The notes beneath the pieces are model-generated. The model was not told the origin of the DNA. It did not search any database and worked only from the letters and a program-made list of their open reading frames with translations. The translations under genes were made by a program, and so were the position numbers. Below, piece by piece: positions 35,646 through 38,495 of a DNA stretch of 38,495 nucleotides. Source of the stretch: Thermosynechococcaceae cyanobacterium. GTDB lineage: Bacteria; Cyanobacteriota; Cyanobacteriia; Leptolyngbyales; Leptolyngbyaceae. Location of the stretch: assembly GCA_036703905.1 (NCBI GenBank), contig DATNQR010000718.1:1-38495 (forward strand), given 5' to 3'. Positions within the stretch are counted from its first letter, which is position 1. Each line of letters opens with the position of its first letter.

Positions 35646-36434
35646 ATGCCAGTTGTTTCGTTGGCTCAATTGCTAGAGTCTGGAGTTCACTTTGGGCATC
35701 AGACCCGACGGTGGAATCCCAAAATGGATCCTTACATCTACACCTCGCGCAACGGGGTTCACATCATCGACTTGGTGCAAACCGCCCAGTTGATGGACAG
35801 TGCCTACAACTACGTTCGCACTGCTTCCGAGCAGGGAAAGAAGTTTTTGTTCATCGGCACAAAGCGGCAGGCGGCGGGAATCATTGCCCAAGAAGCGGCC
35901 CGGTGTGGCGCGTACTACGTGAACCAGCGCTGGCTCGGCGGAATGCTGACTAACTGGGTAACGATCAAAACCCGTGTCGATCGCCTCAAAGACCTGGAAC
36001 GCCGAGAAGAAACCGGAGCGCTGGATCTGTTGCCCAAGAAAGAAGCCTCCATGCTGCGGCGAGAACTGGAGAAACTGCAAAAGTACCTTGGCGGCATCAA
36101 AGCGATGCGGAAGATTCCCGATATCGTAGTGGTGGTGGATCAGCGGCGGGAATACAACGCCATTCAGGAATGCCAGAAACTGGCAGTGCCCATTGTCGCT
36201 CTGTTGGACACCAACTGCGATCCTGATGTCGTGGATGTGCCGATTCCCGCTAACGATGACGCAATTCGATCGATCAAGCTAATCGTGGGCAAGCTGGCCG
36301 ACGCAATCTACGAAGGCCGCCACGGGCAGCTTGAGGGCGAAGACGAGTACGAAGACTACGACGGCGGTGAGGAAGACTACGAATACGAAGAAAGCGACGT
36401 TGCCGCCACTGGGAACGAGGAAACCGAAGGGTAG
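35646..36434 (+). CDS. rpsB: 30S ribosomal protein S2
   Basis: [27 protein letters not shown]..., with an acidic C-terminal tail as in other cyanobacteria. Confidence 0.95.
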   Translation: MPVVSLAQLLESGVHFGHQTRRWNPKMDPYIYTSRNGVHIIDLVQTAQLMDSAYNYVRTASEQGKKFLFIGTKRQAAGIIAQEAARCGAYYVNQRWLGGMLTNWVTIKTRVDRLKDLERREETGALDLLPKKEASMLRRELEKLQKYLGGIKAMRKIPDIVVVVDQRREYNAIQECQKLAVPIVALLDTNCDPDVVDVPIPANDDAIRSIKLIVGKLADAIYEGRHGQLEGEDEYEDYDGGEEDYEYEESDVAATGNEETEG

Positions 36435-36445
36435 GATCACTTTTG

Positions 36446-36489
36446 AGTTTCAGGTTTTGAGTTGATTTAGATACTCAAAACCTGAAACT
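36446..36489 (+). repeat. 17-bp perfect hairpin in the rpsB-tsf spacer
   Basis: AGTTTCAGGTTTTGAGT (36446-36462), loop tgatttagat, then ACTCAAAACCTGAAACT (36473-36489). It begins 12 nt after the rpsB stop. Confidence 0.9.
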
Positions 36490-36563
36490 TACAGTAGAAC
36501 TCACGGTTCTCAAACTTACGGTTCTTACAGTCCAAGCACTAAGGCAAGCACAAGGAGAGGCAC

Positions 36564-37316
36564 ATGGCTGAAATTACAGCAAAATTGGTAGGCGAACTGC
36601 GCCAGAAAACTGGTGCAGGCATGATGGACTGCAAAAAAGCGCTGAAGGAAAACGACGCTGATCTGGAAAAGTCGATCGAGTGGCTCCGTAAGAAAGGTAT
36701 GGCCTCGGCAGACAAGAAAGCAGGCAAGACAGCAGCCGAGGGCATTGTCGATAGCTATATCCATACCGGAAACCGCGTTGGCGTTCTAGTAGAAGTGAAC
36801 TGCCAAACTGACTTTGTGGCCCGTAACGAAGCCTTCAAAAAGCTGGTGCAGGACATTGCTAAGCAGATTGTCGCCAGCACCCAGGTCGAGTTTGTCCGCA
36901 TCAGTGATATTCCTGCCGAAATTGTCGATCGAGAAAAAGCGATCGAAATGGGCAAAGATGACCTGTCCGGGAAGCCGGATGCCATTAAGGAAAAGATTGT
37001 GCAAGGGCGAATTGATAAGCGCCTGAAGGAACTCTGTTTGCTGGATCAAGCCTACATTCGCGATTCCAGCATCACTGTTGAAGAACTGGTGAAGCAGCAC
37101 GTCGCCCAACTGGGAGAGAACATTCAGGTGCGCCGCTTCGTGCGGTTTGTGCTGGGCGAAGGCATTGAACGGGAAGAAACCGACTTTGCGGCTGAAGTAG
37201 CTGCCCAAATTGGCACAACCGCCACAGTGCCGGAAGCCAAGAGCGAACCCGAAACTGAAGCTGAAGGAACCTCTGAGAAAGAGAGCAAAAAAAGTAACAA
37301 GAAAGGGAAGAAGTAA
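36564..37316 (+). CDS. tsf: Elongation factor Ts
   Basis: [27 protein letters not shown]..., [23 protein letters not shown], and a lysine-rich C-terminal tail. Confidence 0.95.
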   Translation: MAEITAKLVGELRQKTGAGMMDCKKALKENDADLEKSIEWLRKKGMASADKKAGKTAAEGIVDSYIHTGNRVGVLVEVNCQTDFVARNEAFKKLVQDIAKQIVASTQVEFVRISDIPAEIVDREKAIEMGKDDLSGKPDAIKEKIVQGRIDKRLKELCLLDQAYIRDSSITVEELVKQHVAQLGENIQVRRFVRFVLGEGIEREETDFAAEVAAQIGTTATVPEAKSEPETEAEGTSEKESKKSNKKGKK

Positions 37317-37408
37317 AGTTGCAGTGTACGGGCTTAAGGACTTTGCTCCCCTAGCCTTTCAACCCTTTTTGTGGAGCAGAAACACCAAAAGCCTCTTTGG
37401 AGAGTGAG

Positions 37409-37528
37409 AGGATGTCCGAGAAGTTCTATTGTCTGTAGCAAAGCACGATCGTTCCCCCTTAGTTAGTAAGGGAACTAGAAAGATCTTTGAGTGCTGAACA
37501 CTACAGTCCGTGCTTTCTCGGACATCCT
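37409..37528 (+). other. About 120-nt nested imperfect hairpin (candidate structured RNA or MITE-like element)
   Basis: Co-linear nested complementarities: 37409-37422/37515-37528 (14 bp), 37433-37438/37501-37506 (6 bp), 37442-37446/37491-37495 (5 bp) and 37451-37456/37470-37475 (6 bp). Strand and function are unknown. Confidence 0.4.
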
Positions 37529-37634
37529 ACTCAAGAGGTTAGGATCTCAGCCTTCCGCTCGTTCATTCTCAAAGCGAATCAAGCCCTAAGCAGAAATTCT
37601 TCAATACTGGGTAAGCTGTTGCTGCCTCGATCGC

Positions 37635-37949
37635 ATGGAAGCCTTTTCGCCCACACCGCCCCCCTGGACTCAGGCAGCCATTCACGCCTTTACGTTCTGC
37701 TGCCCCACCTGCCATTCCACAACTCAGTGCGCTCAACAGGTTTGGATCAACCGTCGATCGCCTGTCCTCACCCCAGATCAGGGTCGTAAGTGGCAGGAGT
37801 TTTATCACTGTCAATGTGGAACGGTTTGGTGGGCTTGGAGCAGCGATCGTCCCCCTTCAGAACTAGCAGGCAAGGAGCGAGAAATTCCGCCCCCGCCGCG
37901 CCGCTTTTCTAACCCCTTCGACGATAACCCCTTTGATGAATTGCTTTAA
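37635..37949 (+). CDS. Small hypothetical protein with 4-Cys zinc-ribbon-like motif
   Basis: 104-aa ORF with CCPTC...(34 aa)...CQC and Trp-rich WWAW, plus a Pro-rich C-terminus. No family name recalled. Confidence 0.5.
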   Translation: MEAFSPTPPPWTQAAIHAFTFCCPTCHSTTQCAQQVWINRRSPVLTPDQGRKWQEFYHCQCGTVWWAWSSDRPPSELAGKEREIPPPPRRFSNPFDDNPFDELL

Positions 37950-38039
37950 GAGCACTGCCTTGAGACCATGAACAGTGGAGAATTTAGAGTTAAAAATGCA
38001 AAGTACACTAACGAACATTGATCAACGTTTTTAACTTAT

Positions 38040-38495
38040 ATGCAGATCCAAATCCAGACTTTTACCGTTCAAAAGCGCTTTGCCCTAACCATCAGTCGAG
38101 GCACAACGGCTCAAAGTACAAATGTCTGGCTCAGGATTGAGCATAACGGTGTTGAAGGGTGGGGAGAAGCATCGCCCTTCTCCATCGGCGACGTTACCCA
38201 GACGACTGAAACGCTCGCCCGCTCACTTCAAAAAATCGTGCCCTTGCTGAAGGCGATGAGTCCGATGGAGCGACAGCGCATCGATCGCCTAGTGCAAGCG
38301 GCCCAGCTTCCCTCTGGAGCTAGAGCAGCTTTGGATGTGGCGCTACACGATTGGCTGGGGCGTTATGCAAACCTCCCCCTATGGCAGCTGTGGGGACTGG
38401 AGCGCGATCGCATTGCACCGACGACGGTAACGATAGGGATCAATTCGTCAGAGATGGTGCAGCAGCGTGTGTTGGATTGGCTAGGTCGCGGTACA
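38040..38495 (+). CDS. Dipeptide (L-Ala-D/L-Glu) epimerase, enolase superfamily; 5' fragment truncated by window end
   Basis: Open frame from the ATG at 38040 to the window edge, not in the track because it has no stop. MQIQIQTFTVQKRFALTISRG...GWGEASP...AALDVALHDWLGRYANLPLWQLWG matches the capping domain of MLE-subgroup dipeptide epimerases. Confidence 0.75.
   Translation, partial: MQIQIQTFTVQKRFALTISRGTTAQSTNVWLRIEHNGVEGWGEASPFSIGDVTQTTETLARSLQKIVPLLKAMSPMERQRIDRLVQAAQLPSGARAALDVALHDWLGRYANLPLWQLWGLERDRIAPTTVTIGINSSEMVQQRVLDWLGRGT

Overview
This looks like a chromosomal, mostly housekeeping segment of a cyanobacterium. The HIP1 octamer GCGATCGC is scattered through coding and non-coding DNA. 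Diagnostic genes are present: psbX, psaE, vipp1, cruF/cruG, argZ and a DevBCA-type exporter. Overall GC is mid-50s percent by eye. A Leptolyngbya-like filamentous lineage is only a guess. I can support about 40 protein genes on both strands. They include ycf19, aroB, mutM, purQ, a betaine-type ABC permease plus binding protein, a CheY-like receiver, an ABC1 kinase, crcB, an EVE-domain protein and ureE/ureF. The list also covers a secreted CAP-domain protein, gatA, a Uma2 endonuclease, rarD, rpsB-tsf and a truncated dipeptide epimerase at the 3' edge. I found no rRNA, tRNA, CRISPR array, transposase or integrase. Four things stand out. (1) A devB-devC-X-devA operon in which X is an extra membrane protein. 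Its ectodomain, [FY]PFD loop and TM layout resemble a pentameric ligand-gated ion channel lacking M4. (2) A four-gene operon joined by three ATGA start/stop overlaps. It couples a bona fide-looking L-2-hydroxyglutarate oxidase to NDP-sugar-type enzymes, and a sharp GC drop falls inside lhgO. (3) A PsaE with a roughly 64-aa low-complexity C-terminal tail. (4) Several intergenic structured or tandem-repeat elements, notably a roughly 120-nt nested hairpin downstream of tsf. All homology calls come from motif recognition by eye and no searches were run. Many start codons are inferred.
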